Origin: Candidatus Poribacteria bacterium
Lineage (GTDB): Bacteria > Poribacteria > WGA-4E > WGA-3G
Direction: 5' to 3'
Length of the DNA stretch: 64,000 bases
Assembly (NCBI GenBank): GCA_965214095.1
Contig: OZ243938.1
Coordinates: forward strand, 4,096,001-4,160,000
Shown: piece after piece, positions 1 to 10,615 of the stretch
Numbering within the stretch: position 1 is the first letter of the stretch
Layout of the letters: each line of letters starts with the position of its first letter
Made by a program: the position numbers and the translations under genes
Notes under the pieces: model-generated
Database searches by the model: none
Told to the model about the DNA's origin: nothing
Seen by the model: only the letters and a program-made list of their open reading frames with translations

Positions 1-299
1 TGATCCAACTTTGCCCAAAAAACAATGGAAATTAGCACAGCTACTATGATTAAGATTCCACCCATTGTGGGTGTACCAGCTTTGCTCTGATCATCATTTT
101 GCTGTGCTTTTTCTACCTCTTCTTGAATATGTTCACCTATACGCAACTGTTTCAACCTTTTAATCATAAAAGGTCCTAATACAAGCGAAATGACGAGAGC
201 TGTAGCAGTTGCATATACTGCTCGGAAAGGAATCGAACCAAAAACTTCAAATGGTTGATATAGGTTTATAAGGTTTTGAAAGAATAAATGATAAAACAT
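1..299 (-). CDS. mraY: Phospho-N-acetylmuramoyl-pentapeptide transferase (5' part; runs off window)
   Basis: Manual translation from ATG 299: MFYHLFFQ...SKAGTPTMGGILIIV; K-x-GTPTMGG motif; follows ddl in dcw cluster. Confidence 0.93.
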   Translation of the reverse strand, partial: MFYHLFFQNLINLYQPFEVFGSIPFRAVYATATALVISLVLGPFMIKRLKQLRIGEHIQEEVEKAQQNDDQSKAGTPTMGGILIIVAVLISIVFWAKLD

Positions 300-412
300 A
301 TAAATGTGAGTTTTCTAACGTGAGCAAGGTGTAATCAGTAGGTGATGTATCATATTTTGAATACGAAGCAAAGATGTAGTACAATCACGACGGTATTGAC
401 TATTCCTTTGTA

Positions 413-1636
413 TCATTCCTCTTGTTGTGAGTTAGACTTTAACTTGGTGAGATTTGCACCAGTTTGACTTAATAGATTTGTTGAATATGAATAGATTAGT
501 CGGTTCTTCTCATTATTGGTTTCTATGGCAAGGTTAACCAATTGGGACACCAAATCCGGAAAGGAGACACCGTCTGGTTCCCACAGGTAAAAACTAAATG
601 AACCCGGAATTGTATTTATTTCATTCACATATACTTGTCCATCAGCACTAACCAAAAAATCAATTCTGGCAATTCCCATGCAGTCAAGAATATTATAGGT
701 GTCCTTTGCAAGCTTTTGAATATGTAACGTCATTTCATCAGGAATAGGTGCAGGTATTTTTCGTTGTGCACCTGCCATTCCTGTCGTGTTTTCAGATACA
801 GATGAATCATCAGAAGTCTGCTCAGTTTCTGAATTTTGATGAATGTATTTATCATCGAAACTGAGAAATTCTGTGCTGGTAAGCGGTTGTTCACATACAG
901 AAGCGATAGGTGTATGTGTTCCCATTACTGAGCAATTAATTTCATACCCATTTTCAATACCCTTTTCAACGAGAATACGACGACAATACCGACATGCAAG
1001 TTCAATTGCATCTCGAAGTTCTTCCGTATTTTTTGCCTGACTAACACCTATACTTGAACCACTAATTGCTGGTTTAACAAACATCGGATAATCAATCTTT
1101 TCTTCTATATTGTTGACAATATCATCACTTGAAGAATTCCAATCATGTATTGTAAACGGAATATACGGAACAATTGGCAATCCGTTCTCATTAAGCACAG
1201 CCTTCATCATGATTTTATCCATACCCACACTTGAACCGACGATGCCAGCCCCTACATACGGCACATCCATCAGTTCAAGCAACCCCTGGAGACTACCATC
1301 TTCACCATTCACACCATGAATTGCAGGAAACACAACATCAACATTCAGTTCTCTTTTCTTACTAAATATGCCACTTCGTTTTGGCAATACACTGAATCTT
1401 GGATTTGCTTGGAATTCAACAGTAACTATGTCATGATCATTGACATTTGGTAATACTCCATCAGTGAATGTGCTTAATTCACCGAGTTCATCACCTGTTA
1501 ACCATACACCCTCCTTCGTAATATATATTGGAATAGTATCATGGTTCTCAGCTAATGCAGCTTTGACTTGATGTGCTGTGACGATAGACACTTCATGTTC
1601 GGGTGATCTCCCTCCAAAAATGACCGCTACGTTCAT
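413..1636 (-). CDS. ddl: D-alanine--D-alanine ligase
   Basis: FGGRSPEHEVS, HGVNGEDG, GSSIGV, EINTIPG motifs; dcw context. Confidence 0.95.
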   Translation of the reverse strand: MNVAVIFGGRSPEHEVSIVTAHQVKAALAENHDTIPIYITKEGVWLTGDELGELSTFTDGVLPNVNDHDIVTVEFQANPRFSVLPKRSGIFSKKRELNVDVVFPAIHGVNGEDGSLQGLLELMDVPYVGAGIVGSSVGMDKIMMKAVLNENGLPIVPYIPFTIHDWNSSSDDIVNNIEEKIDYPMFVKPAISGSSIGVSQAKNTEELRDAIELACRYCRRILVEKGIENGYEINCSVMGTHTPIASVCEQPLTSTEFLSFDDKYIHQNSETEQTSDDSSVSENTTGMAGAQRKIPAPIPDEMTLHIQKLAKDTYNILDCMGIARIDFLVSADGQVYVNEINTIPGSFSFYLWEPDGVSFPDLVSQLVNLAIETNNEKNRLIYSYSTNLLSQTGANLTKLKSNSQQEE

Positions 1637-1714
1637 TGTTATTTCCTTTTAGTTCCTTTCTTAGAACATCGGTTAAATCTGATTTAGGACTTAACCTTAA
1701 TCTATTGATGTATA

Positions 1715-3334
1715 TTATGATGCTTCGTTATAATTATCTGGTAAATCATTTTCAAATAAGACTACATCTCCCGGTTTCAATCTTGTCTGCAGTTGTTGCT
1801 GTGCTTCATCAAGATTGTTCACGATAGATATTTTTTGATCAGGATAGTTTTCGTTTTTGAGTCCATCCAATATCGGTGCTGTTCTTATCCTGCCAACAAG
1901 AATGATATGGTCGCAAACTTTCGCTGCTTCTGAACCAAAATGTCTATTTTCATCGTATTCTCGTTCACCCAGTTCTACCATACCCGGTGTAACCAATACC
2001 TTTTGTCCCTGTTTTTCACTTAAAAAGTCTGTGAGTACCTCAAGCGCTGCCTTCGCACCTTCAGGATTTGAATTGAAACTGTCATCAATAATTGTTACAC
2101 CCGCAGCACCCTCCATCAACTGTAATCGGTGAGGAACAGGTTCCAATGTAGATACAGCACTTTGAATTTCAGTCAAGGTCATACCGCAATGCAGTGCAAC
2201 ACCAACAGCAGCAAGTATATTTGACACGTTATGTTTACCCAAAAGCCTTGTTGTGATTTCAACAGGTCCCGCTTCTTCGTCAATCACAGTAAAAGTCAAC
2301 CCTTTTTCGTTCTGTATGATATTCTTTGCACTCAACCTAACGGAATTACTTGCTTCTATACTATATTGGACGACTGGAACAGTATCGGTAGTTTCAGCCA
2401 AATTTGCACAGATTTCATTATCTGCATTAATCACTGCAAGTCCGTTTTGTGGTAAAGCCTCAATTAATTCATACTTGGCACGCGTTGTATTTTCAATTGT
2501 TTTGAACCGTTCTAAATGAACTGGACCAACTGCAGTAAGTATTCCGATTTCCGGTGGTGCCAACCGGCACAAATCACGGATGTCCCCACGTTTGTATGCT
2601 CCCATTTCAACAATGAAAATGTCATGTTCAGGCAATAAATCTCCTCTGATTACCTTACATATACCCATCGGTGTATTATAACTATCTGGGGTCATCAATG
2701 TGTTGTACTTTTGCGATAGAATTTGGTGTAGAATGTACTTTGTGCTTGTTTTCCCATAACTCCCTGTGATGCCTACAATCCTTGGTTGTAGAGTTTTAAT
2801 TCGTTTTCTTGCATCACGTAAATATGCGTTATTGATTATTTGTTCCAACGGCCAAATTAGGAAACTGCTGACAGCAAGTATAGGCACTGAAAGTTCACTG
2901 AATAGAAAGAGTCCAATACGCCAATTCTCTTCATTCACTAAACTAACAGACAATATAGCAATACCAACAAGCAAAGCAAGCGAAAATCCGAAGAGGCGTT
3001 TAGCACGGGCTGTGAAAACGAGTGGTTTTTTCGCGGTGATTCTCTGACGTTTAACAATTCTAAAGACCTGGAATGCTGTCCATATAAGACATATCGATGA
3101 ATAAGACCAAGTCGACAAAACACTCGGAATAATTGATATAACTATCAACACACCTACTATTAGCAGTATCTCTATGACTTCAAAACAATTTCGGATGTGT
3201 TCTGAAATCCATTTCAGATACCGTCGGGGTTTATACCCGTCCAGTTGAAGTATGTGTAATCCACTTGTTGTTCTGATGACTGATCTAATATAACAAGTGA
3301 TAATCAGAAGATAGAATAAAATCTCATTAAGCAT
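1715..3334 (-). CDS. murF: UDP-MurNAc-tripeptide--D-Ala-D-Ala ligase with N-terminal multi-TM extension
   Basis: GITGSYGKTS P-loop, EMGA, DDSFNSNP, PGMVELG; hydrophobic first ~165 aa. Confidence 0.9.
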   Translation of the reverse strand: MLNEILFYLLIITCYIRSVIRTTSGLHILQLDGYKPRRYLKWISEHIRNCFEVIEILLIVGVLIVISIIPSVLSTWSYSSICLIWTAFQVFRIVKRQRITAKKPLVFTARAKRLFGFSLALLVGIAILSVSLVNEENWRIGLFLFSELSVPILAVSSFLIWPLEQIINNAYLRDARKRIKTLQPRIVGITGSYGKTSTKYILHQILSQKYNTLMTPDSYNTPMGICKVIRGDLLPEHDIFIVEMGAYKRGDIRDLCRLAPPEIGILTAVGPVHLERFKTIENTTRAKYELIEALPQNGLAVINADNEICANLAETTDTVPVVQYSIEASNSVRLSAKNIIQNEKGLTFTVIDEEAGPVEITTRLLGKHNVSNILAAVGVALHCGMTLTEIQSAVSTLEPVPHRLQLMEGAAGVTIIDDSFNSNPEGAKAALEVLTDFLSEKQGQKVLVTPGMVELGEREYDENRHFGSEAAKVCDHIILVGRIRTAPILDGLKNENYPDQKISIVNNLDEAQQQLQTRLKPGDVVLFENDLPDNYNEAS

Positions 3335-3536
3335 GGCTTATAATTCTTTTACCTATATGATTGTTGATTCAATGTGTTGACAACAAAAACGCAATGAATA
3401 GCCTGCATACTATGATATTCAGCAGACACAATTCATTGCGATCACATTGACATCTCTTTTCGATAGAACAGATAAATAACGTTCCAAGTTTCTTCAAATT
3501 ACCTGAGTGACAATCCATGTCATTCAAAACAGTAGT

Positions 3537-4295
3537 TCAAGCCAAAAAGGTTTCAACAGATTGGCAAAACTCTTTAGGTTTATCAAGAAACGAAAAATGT
3601 CCTGCACCTTTGAGGATAACTAACTCAGCGTTAGGAATCTCATCCTGCATTATCTTACCAAACGAAATCGGTGTGTCTGTATCATTCTCTCCCCAAATTA
3701 ACAAAGTTGTTGCTTGTATGTTCGGTAATAGTGGTTGTAAGTTTTGATTCACAGATTTCACCATTGTTGCTCTCATCGGTCCTGCTTGTTTATAGTCACT
3801 TGAGCCTACACGATTCGCAATATTATCTGCCAAACGCTTGCCTAAAGTCCCACACTTCCGTATCAATCGACCTATTTTAGCAAGACTGATTCGGTAATAA
3901 TATTTCATAGTGCGTGGTGGAATTATCCCAGCACTGTCCACCAAGATCAGTTTATCAACTTTTTCAGGTTGTTCTGCTGCCAAGACGATAGATATCCTTC
4001 CTCCATACGAGTGTCCGATAAGATGTGCCTTATTAATGTTGAGGTTACTATAAAAGGTAGCAATCAGTTTGGCATAGTCAGAAGCATCCCAGGCATTTGG
4101 CGGAATCTCACTCAGTCCAAATCCTGGTAGATCAAGTGCATATATCTGATATGTATTTGATAATCTATCAAATACATAACTGAAAGTATTTGCTTCAGCA
4201 CCCCAACCGTGTAATAGAATTACAGGTGTACCTGAACCTTCAACTTGATAAGCGATTTTCAGATTGTCAATCTCAATGAACTTCACTCGACCCAT
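3537..4295 (-). CDS. Alpha/beta-fold hydrolase
   Basis: LLHGWG, DLPGFG, GHSYGG nucleophile elbow, WGEND, GH. Confidence 0.9.
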   Translation of the reverse strand: MGRVKFIEIDNLKIAYQVEGSGTPVILLHGWGAEANTFSYVFDRLSNTYQIYALDLPGFGLSEIPPNAWDASDYAKLIATFYSNLNINKAHLIGHSYGGRISIVLAAEQPEKVDKLILVDSAGIIPPRTMKYYYRISLAKIGRLIRKCGTLGKRLADNIANRVGSSDYKQAGPMRATMVKSVNQNLQPLLPNIQATTLLIWGENDTDTPISFGKIMQDEIPNAELVILKGAGHFSFLDKPKEFCQSVETFLA

Positions 4296-4352
4296 CAAAT
4301 TACCATCTCACTCGCTTTTTCTCATTCAATTCATGTCTACTGAATGACTAAA

Positions 4353-5930
4353 TTATCTTTCTGTTGCCTGTTTAGCCTCTATAGACAATTCTTGAAGTAT
4401 TTTTGATGCAATTTCTCGGTCATCAAATGGATATCGTTTTCCGTGAATTTCTTGATAATTTTCATGACCTTTACCAGCAATTACGACAACATCACCTGGA
4501 TTTGCCTCGAAAATAGCCTTTCGAATCGCTACATGTCTCTCAGGAATACACTTAAATGCTGCATCATGTGGTAATTTTGACACAATATCTGAGATGATTT
4601 CAGCGGGATTTTCTGTGCGTGGATTATCGGAAGTAATTACACTCATATCTGCAATTTGTGTTGAAATTGATCCCATTTTCGGACGTTTTCCTCTGTCACG
4701 GTCCCCACCACAACCAAATACTGAAATTAGTTTCCCTTCTGAGATTCCGCGTGCAGCTGTAAGGACATTTTCCAGTCCATCAGGAGTATGTGCATAATCT
4801 ACAATCACGGCAAAATCTAAATCACTCTTCCTATTTGATATTACACGTTCAAAACGTCCAGGCACCACTGTAGTTGAAAGACCTTCTTGAATTGCAGAGG
4901 CACTACAGTTATAACGTAAACCTACACCTATCGCAGCAAGTGCATTGTAGATATTATACGCCCCGAGTAAACTTATAGACACATTTAACGCTTTGATTTG
5001 TTGGTCAGTATTACTGAAATTAGTTTTGCCTGAGTTATTCAGTGTGTTTATCGCTGTGAAGGACAGTTCTTTTAGAGAACCTTCTATCTCTTGTGCCGTT
5101 ATATCAGCTTGTTTCTCAAGACCATATCTTATGATTGTATTCTCAGGAATATGTTCAACGATACGGTTCATCGCAGGGGAATCAGCATTTATTATTGCCA
5201 CTCCATCATCACTCAACTGCTCAAATAACTTCAATTTTGCAGTCAAATAATTTTCCATTGTGCCGTGGTAATCCAAATGATCCTGTGTTAGATTGGTAAA
5301 GACACCGGTTTCAAAAGTAAGACCACTCAAACGGTGTTGTGCCAGCCCTTGAGACGAGGTCTCCATAACCACATGCTCTATACCAGCATCGGCTATCTGT
5401 TTTAGCATCTCATGGAGTTGGAATGCATCTGGGGTCGTTAGTAATGCAGGAATTTCAACACTTGCTTTCTGTTGTTTACTTGAAACATTGTCGGCAACAT
5501 CATAAGAATGTCCGACTGTGCCTAATACAGCTGCATTCACTCCATTCGCCTTGAGTATTCCATGGATTAAATGTGCAGTAGAAGTTTTTCCATTTGTGCC
5601 AGTAACACCCGTTAATCTTAGTCGTTTGGCAGGATTGCCGAACCAATTCGCAGCACATAATGATTGTGCAATTCGTCCATTGGAAGTGATGACAGAAGTT
5701 ATATCCTTAGGGAAATCGAATACTTCTTTCTCTGAAATGATTACTTTGGCACCGTTCTCAATAGCACCAGCAATAAATGAATGCCCATCTACATTCAACC
5801 CTTCATAACAGATAAATGTATATCCAGGTTTGACCTTACGGTGATCACTGACAACACCAGCAATTGTCGGATTGGAGTCACCTGAGATTTTGGTAACTTC
5901 AATTCCGTCCAGAAGGTTTTGGAGTTTCAT
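4353..5930 (-). CDS. murE: UDP-MurNAc-L-Ala-D-Glu--meso-DAP ligase
   Basis: GVTGTNGKTS, NLTQDHLDYH, DYAHTPD, SDNPR (DAP-type), GKGHE; start placed at MKL after GGAGAGG. Confidence 0.95.
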   Translation of the reverse strand: MKLQNLLDGIEVTKISGDSNPTIAGVVSDHRKVKPGYTFICYEGLNVDGHSFIAGAIENGAKVIISEKEVFDFPKDITSVITSNGRIAQSLCAANWFGNPAKRLRLTGVTGTNGKTSTAHLIHGILKANGVNAAVLGTVGHSYDVADNVSSKQQKASVEIPALLTTPDAFQLHEMLKQIADAGIEHVVMETSSQGLAQHRLSGLTFETGVFTNLTQDHLDYHGTMENYLTAKLKLFEQLSDDGVAIINADSPAMNRIVEHIPENTIIRYGLEKQADITAQEIEGSLKELSFTAINTLNNSGKTNFSNTDQQIKALNVSISLLGAYNIYNALAAIGVGLRYNCSASAIQEGLSTTVVPGRFERVISNRKSDLDFAVIVDYAHTPDGLENVLTAARGISEGKLISVFGCGGDRDRGKRPKMGSISTQIADMSVITSDNPRTENPAEIISDIVSKLPHDAAFKCIPERHVAIRKAIFEANPGDVVVIAGKGHENYQEIHGKRYPFDDREIASKILQELSIEAKQATER

Positions 5931-7848
5931 AACCCTCTCCATTTTTCACAAGTGTATCGTCAGCGAATGGACTGTTTCTGATTGGTGATTGACTCGGTTT
6001 TGCAGAACTTTGCTCAGTCTTAGTCTTGTAGTTAGATACTTGCGTGCCGCCTTGATTCGTTATCCGGCTTGTTCTATTAGCATATAGGGACTTCGTATTA
6101 CGTTTTTTCTTTGGTGATGAGTCAAATAATCCTATTCTCTCAACATAAGGTAGAGTCTGTTCAGCAATCCGTTTGAATATAGGAGCTGCAATCGTTCCAC
6201 TAAATCTTGCTCCACTGGGTTCATCAAGAGTAACAATAATTGCAATCTTTGGGTCATCAGCAGGTAAAAATCCCATAAAAGACATTACCTCTTTTCCTGC
6301 AGCATACCCCTTACCTTTTTCAGCTTTCTGAGCAGTCCCGGTTTTACCAGCAATCCTAACACCTTCTATTTTAGCCCGAGCACCACTACCTTTTTCAACC
6401 ACACCGATAAGAATATTAGTCATTGTTTGTGCTGTATCAGGGTCAATTACCTGCCGAATTTCAGTAGGATACGTCCTTCGGATTAAGTTTCCTCTCTCAT
6501 CTCTGATTTCCTTAGTAATATAAGGTTTGTGTAATGTTCCACCATTAGCAATAGCCGCCAACGCATTTACCATCTGTAGAGGTGTAACTGAGATACCTTG
6601 TCCAAATGGCACGGAACCCAATGAGTTTGTATCCCATCGCTTGAGCGCATATAAGTTACCACTTTGTTCATAAGGAAGGTCAACACCTGTCTGTTTTCCA
6701 AATCCAAAGTTTTCTACATAGATTTGGAACAGGTCTTGTCTAACGCCAAGTAACTCTTGCACTATCTTTATCATACCGATATTGCTAGATTTGTGTATCA
6801 CTTCAGTCAGTGTCAAATGACCTTTTCCAGATACATCCTTAATCACACGGCGTTTCGTGAGACGGTAACGACCATTCTCACAGAATACTGTTGATTCTGG
6901 TGTCATAATCCCTTCATTCAATACTGCAGACGTTGCGATTATTTTAAAGATTGACCCCGGTTCAAAGAGGTACCAAATACCAAGATTACGTTTAGCTTCT
7001 TCATTCGCATTAGTCTGAACATTGATGTCATACGTAGGGAAACTTGCCATTGCCAATATCTCTGATGTATCTACTGCAAGCACAATCGCTGTGCCTTTAG
7101 CAGCATTCCATTCCTTACATCCCTTTTCAAGCTCTTTCTCCGCTATGTCCTGAATGATTTCGTCAATGGTAAGTAGTATGTTACTACCGCTATTACCAAG
7201 AGAACTGGTGGTATATTGCGGATTAAATGAGGCAGATGTAGAATTACTTTTTCTTTGAGATATTGGTGAATGGATCCTATTAAGATAAGTTTTGTATTGA
7301 TATTCTACTCCTTCTCCCATACCTTCATCATTTAGGAAACCGATGACCTGAGAAGCAAGTGTCTTTTTCGGATAAACACGATTCGGTTCTATCTCAATCT
7401 TCAGTCCTCGATGTTCTGTTGTTATGCCTCGAATCGCTTCTAACCTATCATACTCTATTCCTTTCTTGAGCCAAACATATTCAACATAACGTCCATTCCT
7501 CTTTCGTTGGAGTAAAGTGACTAATTGGGAAGGTATGGTATCCAATAGAGGAGCTAATTCGTTGGCAACACTGGCAGCGTTAGATTTCCTATTGAAGGTT
7601 TTTGGATCAGCAGAAACTGATATCAGGTCTTGGCTAATTCCTAAAACAGTACCATGCCTATCCTGTATTTTTCCGCGTTTCACATCGTTATTGCCACCAG
7701 AACGCCAATCCCTTCGGTCTGCAAGTGCTGAATCAGCATCAGGAAATTGAATAATGAATAGTTTACCTATCAATAGGAGAAAACCAATCTGTAGGACGAT
7801 TAACACAAAAACAAGTCGTCGGATTGAGAGAAACGTGTTGCTTTTCAT
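5899..7848 (-). CDS. ftsI: Class B penicillin-binding protein (FtsI/PBP3-like)
   Basis: N-terminal TM, RGKIQDR, EPGSIFK (SxxK), SSN, KTGTAQ; between ftsL and murE. Confidence 0.92.
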   Translation of the reverse strand: MKSNTFLSIRRLVFVLIVLQIGFLLLIGKLFIIQFPDADSALADRRDWRSGGNNDVKRGKIQDRHGTVLGISQDLISVSADPKTFNRKSNAASVANELAPLLDTIPSQLVTLLQRKRNGRYVEYVWLKKGIEYDRLEAIRGITTEHRGLKIEIEPNRVYPKKTLASQVIGFLNDEGMGEGVEYQYKTYLNRIHSPISQRKSNSTSASFNPQYTTSSLGNSGSNILLTIDEIIQDIAEKELEKGCKEWNAAKGTAIVLAVDTSEILAMASFPTYDINVQTNANEEAKRNLGIWYLFEPGSIFKIIATSAVLNEGIMTPESTVFCENGRYRLTKRRVIKDVSGKGHLTLTEVIHKSSNIGMIKIVQELLGVRQDLFQIYVENFGFGKQTGVDLPYEQSGNLYALKRWDTNSLGSVPFGQGISVTPLQMVNALAAIANGGTLHKPYITKEIRDERGNLIRRTYPTEIRQVIDPDTAQTMTNILIGVVEKGSGARAKIEGVRIAGKTGTAQKAEKGKGYAAGKEVMSFMGFLPADDPKIAIIVTLDEPSGARFSGTIAAPIFKRIAEQTLPYVERIGLFDSSPKKKRNTKSLYANRTSRITNQGGTQVSNYKTKTEQSSAKPSQSPIRNSPFADDTLVKNGEGYETPKPSGRN

Positions 7849-7974
7849 TGTAGATTACTTCTTTCATAGAATCAAAGTGTAAACTAATACGCAATATTTT
7901 GATAATACCTATCTTGAGAAATTGATAGAAGTGTATCAAATTTGGAATACTTAGGCTTGTCAAAAAGTAACACA

Positions 7975-8298
7975 CTATCTATTCTGAAGATCTATAGGTT
8001 CTATCGTATGATCAACTAAACCTAATTCCTTATTGATTGTACGGACTCTTTCAACATCAGTCAATGCAGTCTCTTCCAATATTAGTTTGCGGATTTCATC
8101 CTGCATTTTTTCTTGCTGTCTTTCAAAGTTTGGTTTACTTTTAAAAAACACGCCTTTGGCATACGATGAAAACCATGCACTGGCACCAAAAACACAAAGC
8201 GATATTCCTAATACTATGTAGACAAATACCATGCCAACTTCTTTTTCAGGTTTCGGCTTTTCTTGAAATAGTATTTCGTAATTTTTCTGATTATGCAT
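7975..8298 (-). CDS. ftsL: Cell division protein FtsL-like (single TM + coiled coil)
   Basis: Position between rsmH and ftsI; TM, coiled coil, ELGL-like C-terminal motif. Confidence 0.6.
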   Translation of the reverse strand: MHNQKNYEILFQEKPKPEKEVGMVFVYIVLGISLCVFGASAWFSSYAKGVFFKSKPNFERQQEKMQDEIRKLILEETALTDVERVRTINKELGLVDHTIEPIDLQNR

Positions 8299-8359
8299 CT
8301 TATTAATTTTATACGTTTGTTTTTAAATTTTGATACACATTATAGTGTTTATATTAACG

Positions 8360-9328
8360 CTACACTCTGGTCGCAACTCGTAATTTGGCACTACGTGCTC
8401 TTGGATTTGCATCTATTTCGCTTTGAGATGCTAACATCGGTTTTCTGGTGACAACATCTAATGTTCTCTCATGTTTGCATATACAGACCGGTGTCTTTGG
8501 TGGACAGATGCAAGTTCTTGCATAGTGTCTGATTTTCTGCTTAACAATACGATCTTCAAGTGAATGAAAACTGATAACACAAAGATGTCCTCCAGGTCTT
8601 AAAACTGATACAGCAGCGTCCAAACCACTCACTAAATTGTTTAGTTCTCCATTAACCTCAATACGTAATGCCTGAAAAATTCGGGTAGCAGGATGAATTC
8701 TCTTCACACGATGTCTATTCTTTCGGGATTCTTTTGAATGTCTTGACTTGTTGGAATAAACTTGTTCAACAATTTCAGCAAGTTGTAATGTTGTGGTAAT
8801 TGGTGACTCTGTCCTTACTTTTACAATATTCTGTACGATTCGTTTCGCATACCGTTCTTCACCGTATTCTTTGAAAATATGAATCAGTTGATCCGATGTG
8901 TAATTGTTTACAATCTGTGCTGCTGATTTAGTTAATCGTACATCCATTCGCATATCTAAAGGACCTAAATGTTGAAAACTAAATCCTCTGGCAGGTGTAT
9001 CCAACTGAAATGAAGACACACCAAGATCAAGCAGGACACCATCAACTTTACTGATCCCACAGGTATTCAATAGACATTTCAACTCAGCAAAGTTGCCGTG
9101 TATCAGAACAAACCGATCCTTGAACGGATATAATCTTTTCTCCGCAATAGCAAGCGCACTTTCATCAAGGTCAATCCCAATTAATCTGCAAGATGAATCT
9201 GAAGCCTTTAATATGCAATGACTGTGTCCACCTAACCCCACAGTAGCATCTACGTAAACACTATCTGGTTGCGGATGAAGAAAATCAAGAATTTCATTTC
9301 GTAAGACAGGTATGTGTGTTTCAGACAT
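8360..9328 (-). CDS. rsmH: 16S rRNA m4C1402 methyltransferase
   Basis: HIPVL, DATVGLGGHS, DLGVSS, FQALRIEVN, SFHSLEDR, NPRARSAKLR. Confidence 0.96.
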   Translation of the reverse strand: MSETHIPVLRNEILDFLHPQPDSVYVDATVGLGGHSHCILKASDSSCRLIGIDLDESALAIAEKRLYPFKDRFVLIHGNFAELKCLLNTCGISKVDGVLLDLGVSSFQLDTPARGFSFQHLGPLDMRMDVRLTKSAAQIVNNYTSDQLIHIFKEYGEERYAKRIVQNIVKVRTESPITTTLQLAEIVEQVYSNKSRHSKESRKNRHRVKRIHPATRIFQALRIEVNGELNNLVSGLDAAVSVLRPGGHLCVISFHSLEDRIVKQKIRHYARTCICPPKTPVCICKHERTLDVVTRKPMLASQSEIDANPRARSAKLRVATRV

Positions 9329-9357
9329 GCATTACCTCAAATATATTAAATGAATAT

Positions 9358-9373
9358 AGCAAGATTTATGCCA
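9358..9373 (-). promoter_or_regulatory. Putative sigma54 (-24/-12) promoter of the dcw cluster
   Basis: Minus strand TGGCATAAATCTTGCT = GG-N10-GC, matching TGGCAC-N5-TTGCW, 30 bp upstream of the rsmH ATG. Confidence 0.65.
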
Positions 9374-9622
9374 AAAAATACGTGATTATCGTCATGTAAA
9401 CGAAATATCTTGAAAAAGAACTAAACTTAAGACATATATGCTTTTTCCTAATGTTGTATTCTGAGAATAATCTTGAATTCAATTTATGAGACTGCTATAC
9501 TTTATAAAGTTGAATAAAGGCATTATTCTGTAGTTGGATTATGTCATTCCACTGTATTACTCTATCAACAACAATATTAGATAAGGTCAATTTTTCTCGG
9601 TAAGTAAACAAGTTAGAATCTG

Positions 9623-10210
9623 ATGAAAATTGCAATCATGGGGGGCACATTCAATCCGATCCATTACGGACATTTATTATGTGCAGAACAGGTGCGCGAT
9701 GGATTAGGATATGATAGAATACTATTTGTCCCATCAGCACGACCACCACACAAATCTCAACCTGACATGGTATCCGCTGAACATCGCTATCAAATGGTCT
9801 TGTTAGCAACTGCAGACAATCCGGATTTTGAAGTGTCTCGTATTGAATTGGATCGTGAGGGGCCTTCATACACGATCCAGACAATTGAAACATTAAGAAA
9901 CAGGTATGACACATCAACAGAACTCGCATGGATTATCGGAGCTGACTCATTAATTGAATATAAGATTTGGAAAGACTTTGATGGTGTGCTGAAGCAGTGC
10001 ACAATGATCGTAACTACACGTCCCAATTATGACTTGCAACTCGTTCCATCAGAAATTCGTAACAAAGTTAAAACTTATAAAATTACAGGAATTGACATTT
10101 CTGCAACTGAAATTCGTAAACGTATAAGAAACAATCTTTCTATACAATATCTTGTTCCAGATTCTGTTGCTGACTATATCAACGAATATAAGTTATACAG
10201 TGATAAATAA
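9623..10210 (+). CDS. nadD: Nicotinate-nucleotide adenylyltransferase
   Basis: GGTFNPIHYGH, PPHK, SYT, IIGADS, ISATEIR. Confidence 0.95.
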   Translation: MKIAIMGGTFNPIHYGHLLCAEQVRDGLGYDRILFVPSARPPHKSQPDMVSAEHRYQMVLLATADNPDFEVSRIELDREGPSYTIQTIETLRNRYDTSTELAWIIGADSLIEYKIWKDFDGVLKQCTMIVTTRPNYDLQLVPSEIRNKVKTYKITGIDISATEIRKRIRNNLSIQYLVPDSVADYINEYKLYSDK

Positions 10211-10304
10211 AGTTAGATTTTTATGATTTTCGGTTTTGTGACGTTTGATGAATTAAGTTTCACGAGATATAGTTCAAATTAGTGTGCTTAGGAGTAGATG
10301 TGAA

Positions 10305-10556
10305 ATGAAGTGTAGTATCTGCGGAATTCACTATAAATTTGACTACAAAAAAGAAGAACCGTTACCGCCACATTTTCCATTTTGTAGTAAAAGGTGTAAA
10401 GCAATAGATTTGGGAAAATGGCTTAACAACGAATACAGCATTAGTACACCTATCACTGAAATTGATGGCATTACAGATTATGAATCTGGATTCAGTGACG
10501 AAAATCAAGAAGATATACTAGAGAAATTGCGTGACAAAGATACGAACAAAGTTTGA
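10305..10556 (+). CDS. yacG: DNA gyrase inhibitor YacG-like zinc finger
   Basis: CSIC...PFCSKRCKAIDLGKW and acidic tail. Confidence 0.85.
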   Translation: MKCSICGIHYKFDYKKEEPLPPHFPFCSKRCKAIDLGKWLNNEYSISTPITEIDGITDYESGFSDENQEDILEKLRDKDTNKV

Positions 10557-10615
10557 GTGATGTCCATTCAGATTCTTTCTAATGTTATATCAAATTATCC
10601 AGATGACTGATCGAT

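Noticed and set aside
413-1636. Van-type D-Ala-D-Lac ligase
   Set aside because: Omega loop keeps Tyr (DDKY); no vanH, vanX or vanRS nearby
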